From Saccostrea cucullata (Eukaryota): a stretch of DNA of 64,000 nt. Positions within the stretch are counted from its first letter, which is position 1; every line of letters begins with the position of its first letter. The notes beneath the pieces were generated by a model. That model saw nothing but the letters and a program-made list of their open reading frames with translations. It was not told the origin of the DNA and did no database searches. This document shows, in pieces, positions 62,099 to 64,000 of this stretch. The stretch lies in contig NW_026932975.1 in assembly GCF_032062105.1 (NCBI RefSeq), forward strand, positions 186,001-250,000. Reading direction: 5' to 3'. The position numbers and the translations under genes were made by a program.

Positions 62099-64000
62099 CT
62101 GTATGTAGAACATAATTATTAATGATATTAAATAACATAAATCATAATTTCATCATTAATCATTCTAACAATGCAAAAAAATTAACTCTGATCATCACCT
62201 TCTTATCTTTTAAAGGTATACAAGTCGACAGTGGTTTAATTAAAACAATGAAGTTTTGTCTTCTAATACCCAAGTTCGACAGGAATATAATCCAATCGCT
62301 AAGTCATAAAGATGACAATCATCTAAAATACAACAGTACCCTATCTATGTCCAACATATTCCGTCCAGATCATCAAACAGGTGAATAAGGACAGTTTTCT
62401 GAACTTAAATCCCAATAAAAGATACTTAGATGAACTAGAGGACCAAACTTATTGTCATCTGATGAAAGAGCTACACAAAATAATCCAGAAAAAAGAAGCG
62501 AGATCAGAGGCAGTTACATAAGTGAGGATTGGTATGTATAATGGCTTCTCATAAGAGAATCACCCCCAAAAAGTGGCAAAGAACATTTTGTTTTGCTGAT
62601 TAAGCCGCACTCTATTTAACCCCATGGTTTAAATGTTGGTATTCATTGTATTACGCATGCTTATTAGAAGATAGCTAAGTCCAGTCATAATATGTCTCAA
62701 ATAAATATACGTAGGTACTGTTTTGATCCAGTGTGTACAATGTACATGTATCTTGAAATAAGCGATTGATACAAAATGCATTTCCCTCCGTGATCAATTG
62801 CTTTAAGCAAAGTTCTTGTTTTAATCATCGTAATTGATTGTTTGTAAAACCTGTACCACTTTGTCCGTTTCTATCATCAAAAGGAGTAAAGCCGTCACAC
62901 TTGTATAGAGCTTAACGTTTCTACAATCAAAGCTGATGCAAAACATTTGAATGAAAAGTAAATTTGTGTCCATATACAGAAAATCTTCTTGCTTTCAAGC
63001 AACTCGTTATATTTTAACTTGTCACAAGGTAAAACCTATTACATTGTGCACTTTTCGGTTAATTTATCTCAAATTTTAATTAAAAATACTGTTTTTAAAC
63101 ACTTCAAAATTTTATCATATGATTTTTTTTTTGGATTTTGAAGATATTTCTTTATAAATCACTGATGAAGATAAATAAAGGTAATGTTCACTTACTTCTT
63201 TGTTGAACTTTAGAGAAACTAACACGGGCTCTTCCTCTTTGACACATTTATATCGCTCAGATACCCTATAGATCTTACGTTTTTTGACAAGTTTCATCAT
63301 TCTCAAGAGATATCAGAAGATTTCATCATCTACCCTTTGTTGCGTTTATTATCAATAGCCCGTTCCAGATTTCCGTGTATTCAGAATTCACATGGTACTA
63401 CGTGATGTATTTACAACGTGTAATTTCCCATGAGAATTGTAAATTGTTCACAAACGAATCCATATCATTTCTTATGGTCATAACCGGCCAGGTAAGTAAC
63501 TCCTATGCATCCTTTCATTCTTCGATTTACTGTTTTCTAACTGTTTTAATAACTTTCCAAACTAAATATTAAAAACGCCTTGTAATGGTATTTTTCTTAT
63601 ACAAGAGGCACATACATGAAACAGAGAGGTCAAACAGAGCCAACATATGGGCGAGGGTGACAGCTTTAGACCCTCGAGGACAGGAATGACACCAACGCTA
63701 AAGGAATACACACTTATCAAGCACCTTATATAACATTACCTGTATCTTTTTACATTTATAATTTTAACATTTTTCTGATTTCTTTTTTTTCCTCTATCGT
63801 AGGTAAGGAAAATGTAAATTGCAGGAATGAGAAAAATGTAGAATACGGACAATAAACAGGCTGATCAAGCTTTCGATATTAATCATAAGACCGATCAACT
63901 ATCAACGACTTTTGTGTTATACTACAAGGCCTATTTGTTTTGTTTTGACAAACTGTGTGTGAGACAAAATTCACTGGCCTACTAAAAATGTCATTCCATC

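Overview
AT-rich (~30% GC) eukaryotic genomic DNA, probably from a bivalve or oyster-like mollusc (inferred from the repeat families). The window has two halves. (1) About 1-37.3 kb: no intact gene found. It is a repeat graveyard dominated by about 18 decayed 3' ends of one Penelope-like retroelement family whose RT runs to the ORF C-terminus with no downstream endonuclease (Naiad-like). Younger elements sit inside these copies: an 8-bp-TSD palindromic MITE, a PIF/Harbinger derivative, two TTAA/Kolobok-type elements and tRNA-derived SINEs. (2) About 37.4-64 kb, minus strand: the 3' part of a spectraplakin gene (MACF1/dystonin/Shot-like). I traced 33 GT-AG exons that keep phase (about 2,228 aa: spectrin repeats, EF-hands, GAS2/GAR domain, Ser/Thr/Arg/Pro tail); the gene continues beyond the window. 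Main leads: a structured, covarying RNA module with a possible pseudoknot at the retroelement 3' end; in-phase candidate alternative first exons and micro-exons in the gene's long introns; and a degenerate second EF-hand in a divergent spectraplakin.
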